Assembly (NCBI GenBank): GCA_963803435.1
Contig: CAWDML010000003.1
Span: 1,037,781-1,101,780 of the forward strand
Direction of reading: 5' to 3'
DNA: 64,000 bases
From: an uncultured delta proteobacterium
Lineage (GTDB): Bacteria > Myxococcota > Kuafuiibacteriia > Kuafuiibacteriales > Kuafuiibacteriaceae
Within the stretch, counting starts at the first letter, position 1; the number at the start of each line of letters is the position of its first letter. Shown here piece by piece: positions 40,352 through 49,017 of the stretch. The notes below the pieces were generated by a model. That model was not told the DNA's origin. It saw only the letters and a list, made by a program, of their open reading frames with translations, and made no database searches. Made by a program: the position numbers and the translations under genes.

Positions 40352-40999
40352 TCAGAAGTGCACGCCGATATTCACGAGAACTCCGACCCCCATCCCCCAA
40401 CAGGCGCCGTCGGCCTGGCCGGCGCGCTCCCGGGCGGCCTCGAGGGTCTGTATTCTGTCGTTCTCGAGGAGACGGCGGATCGACACGCCCGGCCGCGCCA
40501 TCGCCAGCGCGTCGACGGCCACCACCGCCCCCACCGAGAGGGCGGGCCACATCAGATAGTCCAGGCCGAGCCGGGCGGAGGCGAACAGCCCGTCGCTGTC
40601 GAGCCCGTCGTCGAGGCCCCGGAACATCCTCCGGGCGGTGCCGACGGTCGCGTAGCCGAACCCCAACCCGAGGTACGGCTCGAAGCGCGCGAGGGGGATC
40701 CGGAAGCCGAGCTCGGGCCCGACGCGCCACAACCAGCCTTGCGCGAGGTGGGTCGCCTTCCCCCGGAGACCGAGCGTTACGAAGTAGAGGCGGCCTCCCA
40801 GGCCGAGCGAGAGCGCGGGGCCGCCCGCGCTGGAGGGCTGGACCTCGGCGTCGAGGCCCTCGGTGTCGACGGCGAGCGTCTTCAGCCAGAGGTGGTCGTA
40901 GCCGGACTGAGCGTCGGCCCAGACCCACGTCGACGCGCGCGCCCCTGTGGGGCAGAAGATCGCGAGGGCCGAGGCGACGAGGGCGACTTTCGCATGCAT
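40352..40999 (-). CDS. Hypothetical small outer-membrane beta-barrel-like protein
   Basis: Signal peptide ending ARA; EPYLGLGFGY strand; C-terminal IGVHF. Confidence 0.55.
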   Translation of the reverse strand: MHAKVALVASALAIFCPTGARASTWVWADAQSGYDHLWLKTLAVDTEGLDAEVQPSSAGGPALSLGLGGRLYFVTLGLRGKATHLAQGWLWRVGPELGFRIPLARFEPYLGLGFGYATVGTARRMFRGLDDGLDSDGLFASARLGLDYLMWPALSVGAVVAVDALAMARPGVSIRRLLENDRIQTLEAARERAGQADGACWGMGVGVLVNIGVHF

Positions 41000-41065
41000 C
41001 GATCCTGCGGAGAGGGTGCAAGCGCAGGACCACCGGCACGCGAATTTGCTTCGCGTCGAGGCGAC

Positions 41066-41080
41066 CTAGGAGCGTGTAGC
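41066..41080 (+). repeat. Isolated 15-bp copy of the IS1182 terminal sequence
   Basis: CTAGGAGCGTGTAGC, identical to 42102..42116. Confidence 0.7.
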
Positions 41081-42101
41081 CGGGTCGAATCGACAGCTGG
41101 CACTTCGCGCGAAACTGGTGCTGAGCAGTTCCACTGGCGCGACCGATGCGGCGGTGGCGCGAACCATCACGTGTCTCACACACGTTCGTCTGTGGAGAAG
41201 GCGGTTTGCGGAGTGCGTCTCGAGGGGCTGTACGACCAGCCTCGCGTCGGCGCTCCGCGAAAGATCAGTGATGATCAGGTTGAAGAGATCGTGGTGCAAA
41301 CGCTGGAAACGACGCCGAAGGGCCGTACGCTTGGAGCACGCGGAAGATGGCAAAGAATGCCGGGGTGAGCGCCAGTAGCGTCGGACGGATCTGGCGGGCG
41401 CTGGCCTCAAGCCCACGTCGTTCGCGGTTTCAAGTTGTCGAACGATCCGCAGTTCATCTCGAAGATTCGCGACGTCGTCGGTCTGTACATGAGCCGCCCG
41501 ACAACGCTGTCGTGTTCTCCTTCGACGAGAAGCCGCAGGTCCAGGCGCTGGAGCGTGCTCAACCACCTTCCGATATCTCGGGATGCCCGAGCGACAGACC
41601 CACAACTACATCCGCCACGGAACGCTCGACCTCTTCGCCGCCCTCAACGTCGCCACGGGCAAGGTCATCGCGCAGACCAAGGCACGACACCGAGCGAAGG
41701 ACTTCGTCGCATTCCTCGGGACATCGACAACGCGGTAGAGCCGGAACTTGACGTTCACGTCATCCTCGACAACCTCGCGACGCACAAGACCACAGGTTAA
41801 GAGGTGGCTGCTACGCAATCCGCGCTTCCAGCTCCACTTCACACCAACCTATTCCTCATGGCTAAACCTGGTGGAACGGTTCTTCGCACTGCTGACCGAG
41901 GAAGCACTCACTCGCGGCTCCACACCAGCGTCCGGTACTTCGCAAGGCATCGTCGACTACGTCGAAGTGCACAACGAAGAAGGCAAGCCCTTCGTATGGA
42001 CGAAGACGGCCGACGAGATCCTCGACAAGATCATGGATTTCGGCAGACGCACAAAGCAGGTCCACGCGGATAAATGCGCTAGAAATCAGTGATCCAGCTG
42101 A
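41081..42101 (+). pseudogene. Degenerate IS630-family transposase
   Basis: Fragments across frames: VRLWRRRF, GAPRKISD, SNDPQF..KIRDVVGLY, DEKPQVQALER, RHGTLDLFAAL, ILDNLATHK, HFTPTYSSWLNLVERFF and KPFVWTKTADEIL; ends at CTAG. Confidence 0.88.
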
Positions 42102-42175
42102 CTAGGAGCGTGTAGCGCGTAGCGCTACCGCGAGCCCGGTCCGGGTCCCGGTCCCGGTCCCGGTCCCGATGGCGA

Positions 42176-42544
42176 TCATGCAGCCCGGCGTGCGTTCATC
42201 GACTTGATGAGGCGCGTGAGCATCTCGACAACGCGCTTGAGCTTGGCTCTGGCGGCTTGGAGCTTCTGCCCGTTGGCGAGTCGGCGCCTCAAGCAGGTGT
42301 GGAGTGAGGCGGCGCTTTCGGTGCCAGTGCGAAGTGCCATCCGGTAGAAGCGAGCCTTCTCAGGTGGATTGAACTCTCCGGCGCCCTCGGCGGTGTTGTT
42401 CACGATGGAATCGGATGCCCACCGAAGCTGATCGCGGACGTGAGCGTGACCGGGTTGCAGTTCTTGTGCGATCTCTTCAGCGATGTCGGCATACTCGACG
42501 GCGAGCTGGTAGACCTCGAGCTTCTCGTGATCGAAAGTGACCAT
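42176..42544 (-). CDS. Four helix bundle protein (23S rRNA IVS / bAvd-like family)
   Basis: FDHEKLEVYQ, DQLR.AS.SI..N.AEG, KARFY.MA.R...E and MLTRL motifs; 122 aa, intact. Confidence 0.9.
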   Translation of the reverse strand: MVTFDHEKLEVYQLAVEYADIAEEIAQELQPGHAHVRDQLRWASDSIVNNTAEGAGEFNPPEKARFYRMALRTGTESAASLHTCLRRRLANGQKLQAARAKLKRVVEMLTRLIKSMNARRAA

Positions 42545-42874
42545 GCAAGCTTGGAGAAAGTCATCCCCACTTCACGACGATCAACGAGTTTCGGCTCGTC
42601 CACCTGGAGGCGCTGAAAGCGCTCTTCCTCGAAGTCCTGAAGCTTTGCCAGAAAGCAGGTTTGGTGCGCTCGGACACGTCGCACTCGATGGCTCCAAGGT
42701 GCAGGCGAACGCGAGCAAGCACAAGGCGATGACCTACGAGCGGATGGCCGAGGAGGAGAAGCGGCTGTCTCTCGAGATCGAAGAACTGCTGGAGCGAGCG
42801 GGCACGATCGACCAAGAGGAAGACGAGCGGCTGGGCGTTGAAGAGACTGAAGAGGCCATCCCAGCGGAGCTCGC
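42545..42874 (+). pseudogene. IS1182 transposase 5' fragment (N-terminus deleted, frameshifted)
   Basis: HPHFTTINEFRLVHL..L..LF.EVL.LCQKAGLV, then LGHVALDGSKVQANASKHKAMTYERM...IPAEL. Confidence 0.85.
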
Positions 42875-43034
42875 TGTGGGTTCCCGCGCTCGGTCCCCAC
42901 TCGTTTCGCGGGCGAGTTTGTGATGGTCGAGGGCCGGATTCCCGCGGTGCCCGCTGCGGTGAAGCGGTCGGGAATGGTGGCGGGATTCGGGAACGACGGA
43001 GACGGGAGGGCGGACGAGCCAGAGGCGAGGACCT

Positions 43035-43259
43035 TCAGAAGGGGAGATCGTCGATGTCGAGGTGCCCGTCCTCGTCCGGCTCGTAGAGGCGAGCCTCTTC
43101 TGCCGCGATACAGCTGATCTCGGGTTCGTAGGCGTCCCAGATCGCGGCCGCGACCTCGCCGAGGACATCAAACAATAGAGTGGCTTGCTCGGCGGTCATC
43201 GCCGGCAAGGTGATGGTCGCGTAGAGCTGGGATCGGCAGTGGGGCGGACGACTCTGCAT
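43035..43259 (-). CDS. Small acidic hypothetical protein of the transposon
   Basis: 74 aa; TGATG overlap with the ATPase stop; ends DDLPF. Confidence 0.55.
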   Translation of the reverse strand: MQSRPPHCRSQLYATITLPAMTAEQATLLFDVLGEVAAAIWDAYEPEISCIAAEEARLYEPDEDGHLDIDDLPF

Positions 43260-44056
43260 CAGGCGACCTCCGGCGTGGCGGCCTGGACATGCTCGACGGT
43301 GACGGTCTTCGCGCGCGCGATCGCAGCCGCGTTGAGCGCATGGTGGGCCAAGGCGTTGACCTTACGCGGCAGGCCGTTCGTGGACTGATAAATCGCTTCC
43401 ATCGCGGCCGGCTCGAAGAGGGGCAGCTCGCATCCCGCGAGCCGGAGCAGGTGCCCCAGGTAGGGCGGCAGCTCGTCGCGCGTGAGCGCGGCGAGGTGAT
43501 GGCGGACGATGATGCGCTGCGAGAGGGCTTCGTGGACCGCCATGGAGAGCCGCCTCCGTAGCTCTGCCTGCCCGATGAAGAGCAGACAGAGACGGTTCTC
43601 CGAATCCATCTGGTAGTTGGTGAGGAGCCGCAGCTCCTCCAACACATCGCTGCGGAGCCGGTGCGCTTCGTCAATGATCAGCAGTGGGCGGATCTTGGAC
43701 TCCTGGCAGAGTCGCGTGACCTCGGTGCGGATACAGGTGTGCAGGGCCGCGCGACTCCTCTCGGTGGGCAGGCCCAGCTCCCAAGCGATCATCTTGTAGA
43801 GGTCCATGACGTTGCCGGTGGTGAGCGCGACGTAGAAGACGCGAAAGAGGCCCGTGTGCAGCGCGCTGACGACCTTCCGGGTCACGGTGGTCTTGCCTCC
43901 GCCTGGCTCTCCGGTGAGCAGGCCGATGCCGCAGAGATCGAGGAGGTAGAGGAGCCGGACTTCCCACTCCTTGGCGCTGGCTGAGATGAAGAGGTCCTCT
44001 GCGGCGAGGTCCTTTGCGAACGGGTGACGGGTCAAGGCGAAGTGTCTGCGATACAT
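43259..44056 (-). CDS. ExeA-like AAA+ ATPase (transposition helper, TnsC/IstB-analogous)
   Basis: MYRRHFAL..HPF, Walker A GEPGGGKTT, Walker B LLIIDEAH, L.GQ.EL and GLPR.VN. Confidence 0.9.
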   Translation of the reverse strand: MYRRHFALTRHPFAKDLAAEDLFISASAKEWEVRLLYLLDLCGIGLLTGEPGGGKTTVTRKVVSALHTGLFRVFYVALTTGNVMDLYKMIAWELGLPTERSRAALHTCIRTEVTRLCQESKIRPLLIIDEAHRLRSDVLEELRLLTNYQMDSENRLCLLFIGQAELRRRLSMAVHEALSQRIIVRHHLAALTRDELPPYLGHLLRLAGCELPLFEPAAMEAIYQSTNGLPRKVNALAHHALNAAAIARAKTVTVEHVQAATPEVA

Positions 44057-45429
44057 CAGCGGTCCTCCTGGTCGTCGTTCTGGGCGAGGCGGGCGAGGTC
44101 GAGCCCTCGCCGCGGGGGCTCGGTGGTGGCCTTGGAGGGCGGCGCCTCGGCGGCGGGCATCGACTCCAATTCCGCCGAGGGACGGTCCCGGCGGACGAAG
44201 CAGTTGGCGTAGGCATCGACGACCTTGGCGGTCTGCACAATCTGCCCCTTGTGCAAGACCTTGATCGGCCGGCCGGGAGTCGACGGGTCGTAGCGGAGCG
44301 TGACGGTCTCGTCGACGAGGGCGGCGTCGACCTCGTATCCGATTCCGTTGAGGCTCACGACTCAATCCTTGTGGACCTTGCGTTGAGCCTCGAAGAGGAA
44401 CAGGTCGTCGAGGTCGAGGCTGGCGCCGTAGCGGACCTCGTCGGCGACCTGCGCCCAGCGGTCGATGGGGGTGTCGCCGTCGAGACCGCGGTGCGGAGCG
44501 CGATGGTACTCGCCTTCGACCCAGGCCCACAGCCGGCGATTGAGCGCGTCGAGGCTGCTGAGGTCCTCGGGCCTGAGGTGCGGCAGGAGTTGCATCCGCA
44601 CAGTTCTGAAAAATCGCTCTTGCTTACCCTTGGCCTGTGGATGGTAGGCGCGCGCGTGGATCAACGTCACGCCGAGCTTGGCGCAGACGAGGGCGAGGTG
44701 CTGGGACCGATACGCGGAACCGTTATCGACGAACAAGCGTTTCGGAAGTCCTCTCCGCAAGATGGCCTGCTTCAGACAAGGCAAGAAGGCGGCGGTGCTC
44801 TCGGACGCCTGGAAGGCCGCGAAGGGGATGACGCGCGTGGCGTCGTCGAGGAAGGCGATCAGGAAGGTCTTCTTCTTCCTGCGGCCCTCGCAGATCACGG
44901 CGGGGCCGTGCATCACGTCGCTCATCCAGAGATCGCCGGCCTTCTGGAAAGCGAACTTGCGGTGGTCCTTGGTGGTCGGGGCGGCGGGCAGCTTCTGCAT
45001 CAGGCCGTGGCGCGTGAAGAGTCGGTGAACGGTCGACGGAGGTAGCGGTAGATCGAGGGGGATCTTTCCGGAGTCGAGTGCCTCCTTGATGACGGCCTTC
45101 ACCGTCCAGTCGCGGTGCTCGTCCTTGAGGGCGACGAGGAGGTCCTGAACCTCCTGCGGTATCTTGCGCGAGGTCTCGGCATCGCGCCTGGTCTTGGGGA
45201 TCAGGGCGTCAAAGCCGCCCTTTCGGTAGAGCTTGAGCCAGTGGCGGATGGTCTCCACGGCGACGCGCCGCCGCAGAGAGTTGGGGATCTCGTAGTCCTT
45301 GTCGGCCTTGAAGTGAAGCAGATCGTAGAGGCCGCGGTGTCCCGGCGCGAGGTGGACGAGGTCCCCCAGCACGCTGTGCCGAAACAACGCAATCTCGTGA
45401 GCGAGCTTCTTCTTGTGGTCGTCTTCCAT
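44056..45429 (-). pseudogene. DDE-type integrase/transposase (rve plus Mu-transposase C-terminal domain) with an in-frame nonsense codon at 44362..44364
   Basis: HTH, LWMSDVMHGP, LDDATR, VDNGSAY and KGKQERFFRT; ...RKVHKD*VVSLNGIGYEV continues in the same frame. Confidence 0.85.
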
Positions 45430-45474
45430 CGGTAACTCCTCGGTGTGGGCTCGCGATGTGCGAGCGTCCGAGGA

Positions 45475-46143
45475 CTACCGATGCTTGGTCGGCGGATCTG
45501 CGCCCGTGTCGTGTTGGAGCGGCTTTGGACGCGGCCACCGCTGGGCGGGCCGGGGACCGAAACCGAGAGGTGGGGACAGACGCGGCAACCCGCTCGCTGC
45601 AATCTCGCGCAGCGCGACCAGGACACACGAGATGTCGAGACGCGCAGCGAGGGAGGTCAGCGTCGGCGCGCAGCCGGCGAGGCGATCAGGCACGAGGCCG
45701 ATCAGCGCGTTCGCCGAGGCGTACACGAGGGCGAGGCGCCGACGCAGCCATCGCAAGGCACCTTGCACCTCGATATCGGGGCGAAGCCTGGCGGCGACCT
45801 CCTCCCAGCTCAGCCCTTGATGGCGACCTGCCTCGGCCTCTCGAACGACATCATCGACTCTGGCGAGCGAGCCCGGTAGCCGCGAGGACAGGCAGTCGGG
45901 CAACAGGCTGAAGGTCTGGTGAGCTTGCGGGCAATACCAGCGAGCGACGCGGGTCCCTGGGGGCGTCATCCGCTCGTACGGCGTGTGCCTCGCGAAGTCG
46001 CAGCCGCCCTTTGGATGCACAGGGCAGAAGTCCAGCGTTGCGTTCTCCCAGCCTCGCTCGCTAACGTACTCGTCGCTGGACAGCGCCGTCGCGAAGCGAA
46101 GCTGCACAGCCTGGCCCGCACGGGGCGAACCGTGGCGGGCCAT
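45475..46143 (-). CDS. Cys/His-rich accessory protein of the transposon
   Basis: CPVHPKGGC...RH..YER...RWYCPQAHQTFSLLPDCL followed by an HTH-like helical region; alternative start GTG at 46107. Confidence 0.65.
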   Translation of the reverse strand: MARHGSPRAGQAVQLRFATALSSDEYVSERGWENATLDFCPVHPKGGCDFARHTPYERMTPPGTRVARWYCPQAHQTFSLLPDCLSSRLPGSLARVDDVVREAEAGRHQGLSWEEVAARLRPDIEVQGALRWLRRRLALVYASANALIGLVPDRLAGCAPTLTSLAARLDISCVLVALREIAASGLPRLSPPLGFGPRPAQRWPRPKPLQHDTGADPPTKHR

Positions 46144-46325
46144 CTCCTCTCCCGCCTGCCGGTAGCACGACGGCAGGGTGGTGGCTGCGACCAGATGAGC
46201 GAAGCCGGGACGGCTCGCTGGCCGCCGGCTCCGCGCTCTCTTACCTACCAGCCCGGATCAGCGCTGAGCTACCATGGGATGGAGGGGGCGGTGGATCACG
46301 ATACAGTCCGAGACCCAACACTCGC

Positions 46326-47176
46326 TCGCCGTGAATCCCGCCTTGCCCGCATTCGAGAAGCGAAGGCTGCGCTGGAACAGGATGCCGCCAGGGCTCGCGC
46401 GGAGAAATTGCGCAGGCAAGCCGAAGAGCAGCAGAGCAAAGCGGATGATGCTCTTGTGGATCGGGTGGAGCAGAAGCGAGCGAGAACTCGAGCCGAGACG
46501 AACCATCCCCATCCCCAGACCCAACTGAACGAAATGATGGATGGCCGCATCATCGCGTTCCTGCAAATGTGGACGGCACACCGAGGCCCAACGCTCAGAG
46601 GAACTTCACCGACTCAGACAGCAGGATCATGTTGAAGGAGGGAGCGTACCTCCAGGCCTACAATGCCCAAGTTGTCGTAGATGAGCACGCTCAGGTGATT
46701 GTCGCCGAAGGGGTCAGCAACCAGGCACCTGATCAGCAACACCTCGTCCCGATGCTCCGTGATGTGTTCGGCAACTGCGGCGATGCTCCGCGGAAGATGA
46801 CGGCAGACAACGGCTATCGAGCGCGACCAACATCGAATTCTGCGACAACAATCAGATCGATGCCCACATCGCTGTTGGACGCGAACAGAACCAAGACGCG
46901 TCGACTCCGTCCTCATCAGCTTCGGAGCCCACACCTGCCTCGCTCGCTCGCAAGCGAATGCGAGACAAGTTGCAAACGCGCGACGGCAAGGCGGTCTACC
47001 CCCGCAGGAAGAGTATCGTCGAACCGGCGCTCGGACAGATCAAAGCGGCACGAGGATTCCGCCGGTTCTCGCTCCGCTCCTTCTTCAAGGTACAAGCCGA
47101 GTGGACGCTGGTCTGCCTCACCCACAACCTGCTCAAGCTCTACCGATCGAAGCTCGCGACCGTCGCGAGCGTCTGA
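46326..47176 (+). pseudogene. IS1182 transposase 3' fragments (frameshifted)
   Basis: RRESRLARIREAK; QRNFTDSDSRIM...YNAQ.VVD; ADNGY; MRDKL...YPRRKSIVEP.LGQIK...HNLLKL. Confidence 0.88.
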
Positions 47177-47276
47177 CTCAAGCCAGCCATCTTCAGATCG
47201 GGACCCGGACCGGGACCGGGACCGGGACCCGGACCGGGGTCGCGTGAGCGCTTACGCGCTACACGCTCCTAGGCGG

Positions 47277-47651
47277 TCAGGGCGAGGGCGCCTTCTGCTC
47301 CATGAACACCAGCACGACGCCCACCAGGACCAGCACGAAGCCGGCGAGCTTGGTGGCGGTGAGCGGCTCCTTGAACGAGATCGAGGCGTAGGCGGCGACG
47401 ATGATCAACCCGAGGCTGGTCATCACCGGATAGCCCACCGAGAGATCGATCCGCGTGAGCGCGAAGGAGTAGCCCGCGAGCGCGACGACGAAGCAGGCGA
47501 CGCCGAGGATCAGGAGCGGCTGGAGCGCCATGCTGAGCGCGGTCTGGATCGGACCCTGGCCCATCTCGACGTTTCGCATCGCCCCCTTGATCAGGATGTT
47601 CGCGGTGGCGTTGAAGATGATGCCGATGACGAGCGCGATGTAGTGCAGCAT
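47277..47651 (-). CDS. SMR/DMT family small membrane protein (ArnE/F-like putative lipid-linked sugar flippase)
   Basis: Four TM helices, LSVGYP and F.E.LT..K..G..L...GV; Asn in place of the drug-efflux TM1 Glu. Confidence 0.75.
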   Translation of the reverse strand: MLHYIALVIGIIFNATANILIKGAMRNVEMGQGPIQTALSMALQPLLILGVACFVVALAGYSFALTRIDLSVGYPVMTSLGLIIVAAYASISFKEPLTATKLAGFVLVLVGVVLVFMEQKAPSP

Positions 47652-47655
47652 GACC

Positions 47656-49017
47656 TCACACGATGCCGAGGCGTCTCGCCTGGGAGGATGCGAAGCGTTG
47701 GTTCGGATCGATCTCCGTCTTCATGCGCCTGAAGTCGGGCAGGCGTGGGTACATGGCGGCGAAGCTCTCGCGGTTGGTGAGGGCGTCCTTCGCGAGGTAG
47801 AGGCGGCCGTCGTACTTGAGCAGGATGCGATCGAGGTCGCGGGCGAGCTCGGGCAGATCCGGGGTGAAGGGGAGGTCGAGCGCCAGTGTGTGGCCCTCGA
47901 ACAGGTAGGACAGCGGGCTTCGGTTGGCCGGGCCGCTCGCCTTGAGCACCGAGAGGAACGAGGCTCGCCGGCTCTTCGAGATCCGCTCGAGGATCGCGAC
48001 CAACCCGGGGAGGGTCGTACGCGGCGGGAAGAGCACCTGGTACTGGACGAAGCCGCGCTTGCCGTAGATCCGGTTCCAGTGGAGCACGCGATCGAGCGGA
48101 TAGTAGAACGAGTCGTAGTCCACCACGCGCTCGTTGTTGCCCTGGACGCCGTAGAACAGCGTGTTGAAGGCGCGCACGCTCCACTCGTTCAGCAGGAAGT
48201 TGGGGAGCTCGAGCGGCACGCTCGCCTTGAAGCTCGAAGCCAGCCGCAGCGGATCCCTGCGGAGGTGCGGAGGGAGATCCTCGGCGCGGCCCTCGTTGGA
48301 GAGCATCAGCACCGAGCGACCGAGCGATCGCCCGGTGGCCAAGCAGTCGACCCACGCGACGGAGTAGCGATAGTCGTGGTTGGTCTCGGCGAGGTGGCGC
48401 AGCGACTCTTCGAGGTCGTGCGCCTTGATGTAACGGACCGAGAAGTAGGAGGTCTCCACCCGGCGCAGGCGCACCTTGGCGCTGAGGATGATGCCGGTGA
48501 GGCCCATGCCACCGACGGTGATCCAGAACAGCGCGCTGGTCTCGCCCTCGGGTTGGAGACGGAGCACGCGACCGTCGGCGAGCATCAGCTCGATCTCGTC
48601 CACGTGCGTGCCGAAGGAGCCGTCGACGTGGTGGTTCTTGCCGTGGATATCGGCCGCGATGGCGCCGCCGATGGTGACGTGCTTGGTCCCGGGCGTCACC
48701 GGGACGACCCAGCCGCGCGGAAGCAGATGCTGGATGATCTCCTCGATCGAGACGCCCGCTTCGCACTCGAGCACGCCGGTCTTCTCGTCGAACGAGAGGA
48801 ACCGGTTGAACCGCGTCTGCACGATGACGCCGCGTCCGCCGTTGATCGCGGAGTCGCCGTACGCACGCCCTAGGCCCCGCGGGATGTAGTCGGCGGAGCG
48901 CCCCGAGGTGATCAGGTCGCGGAGCTGATCGAGGGTGTCGGGCCGGCTCACCAGGCACCGCTCGATCGGATGGTTGCCCCATCCACCGATCAGCTGCTCC
49001 ATGAACGCCACGGTCAC
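47656..49017 (-). CDS. FAD-linked oxidase, DprE1-like
   Basis: GWG, RGLGRAYGD, PGTKHVTIGGAIAADIHGKNHH, GGMGLTG, YSVAWVD, WNRIYG..GFVQYQ, TLALD and GRLYLAKD. Confidence 0.88.
   Translation of the reverse strand: MTVAFMEQLIGGWGNHPIERCLVSRPDTLDQLRDLITSGRSADYIPRGLGRAYGDSAINGGRGVIVQTRFNRFLSFDEKTGVLECEAGVSIEEIIQHLLPRGWVVPVTPGTKHVTIGGAIAADIHGKNHHVDGSFGTHVDEIELMLADGRVLRLQPEGETSALFWITVGGMGLTGIILSAKVRLRRVETSYFSVRYIKAHDLEESLRHLAETNHDYRYSVAWVDCLATGRSLGRSVLMLSNEGRAEDLPPHLRRDPLRLASSFKASVPLELPNFLLNEWSVRAFNTLFYGVQGNNERVVDYDSFYYPLDRVLHWNRIYGKRGFVQYQVLFPPRTTLPGLVAILERISKSRRASFLSVLKASGPANRSPLSYLFEGHTLALDLPFTPDLPELARDLDRILLKYDGRLYLAKDALTNRESFAAMYPRLPDFRRMKTEIDPNQRFASSQARRLGIV

Larger units (their letters stand above)
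42875..46320 (-). mobile_element. 3446-bp Mu/Tn7/Tn552-like transposon (DDE transposase, ExeA-type AAA ATPase, two accessory ORFs)
   Basis: Starts TGT and ends ACA; flanked by the 5-bp direct repeat CTCGC (42870..42874 and 46321..46325). Removing it restores the IS1182 frame AELARRESRLARIREAK. Confidence 0.9.
42102..47272 (+). mobile_element. IS1182-family element with ~70-bp hexamer-containing inverted ends and a four-helix-bundle passenger gene, interrupted by a nested transposon
   Basis: CTAGGAGCGTGTAGCGCG at 42102 is the reverse complement of CGCGCTACACGCTCCTAG at 47255..47272. Imperfect inverted homology spans 42102..42170 and 47197..47272, including (CGGGAC)n arrays. Confidence 0.8.

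Noticed and set aside
41033-41050. Sigma-54-like sequence CCGGCACGCGAATTTGCT
   Set aside because: GG-to-GC spacing is 11 nt rather than the required 10, and it points into an IS scar.
42176-42544. Possible diversity-generating retroelement (Avd-like gene) or 23S rRNA intervening sequence
   Set aside because: No reverse transcriptase, template/variable repeat pair or rRNA sequence was seen in the window.
43259-44056. ExeA as a type II secretion component
   Set aside because: It lies inside a target-duplication-flanked transposon, coupled to a DDE transposase, with no secretion genes nearby.
47199-47240. Hexamer arrays as a CRISPR or guide array for the nested transposon
   Set aside because: They are contiguous 6-bp units without spacers, lie outside the TGT...ACA element, and no cas genes are present.
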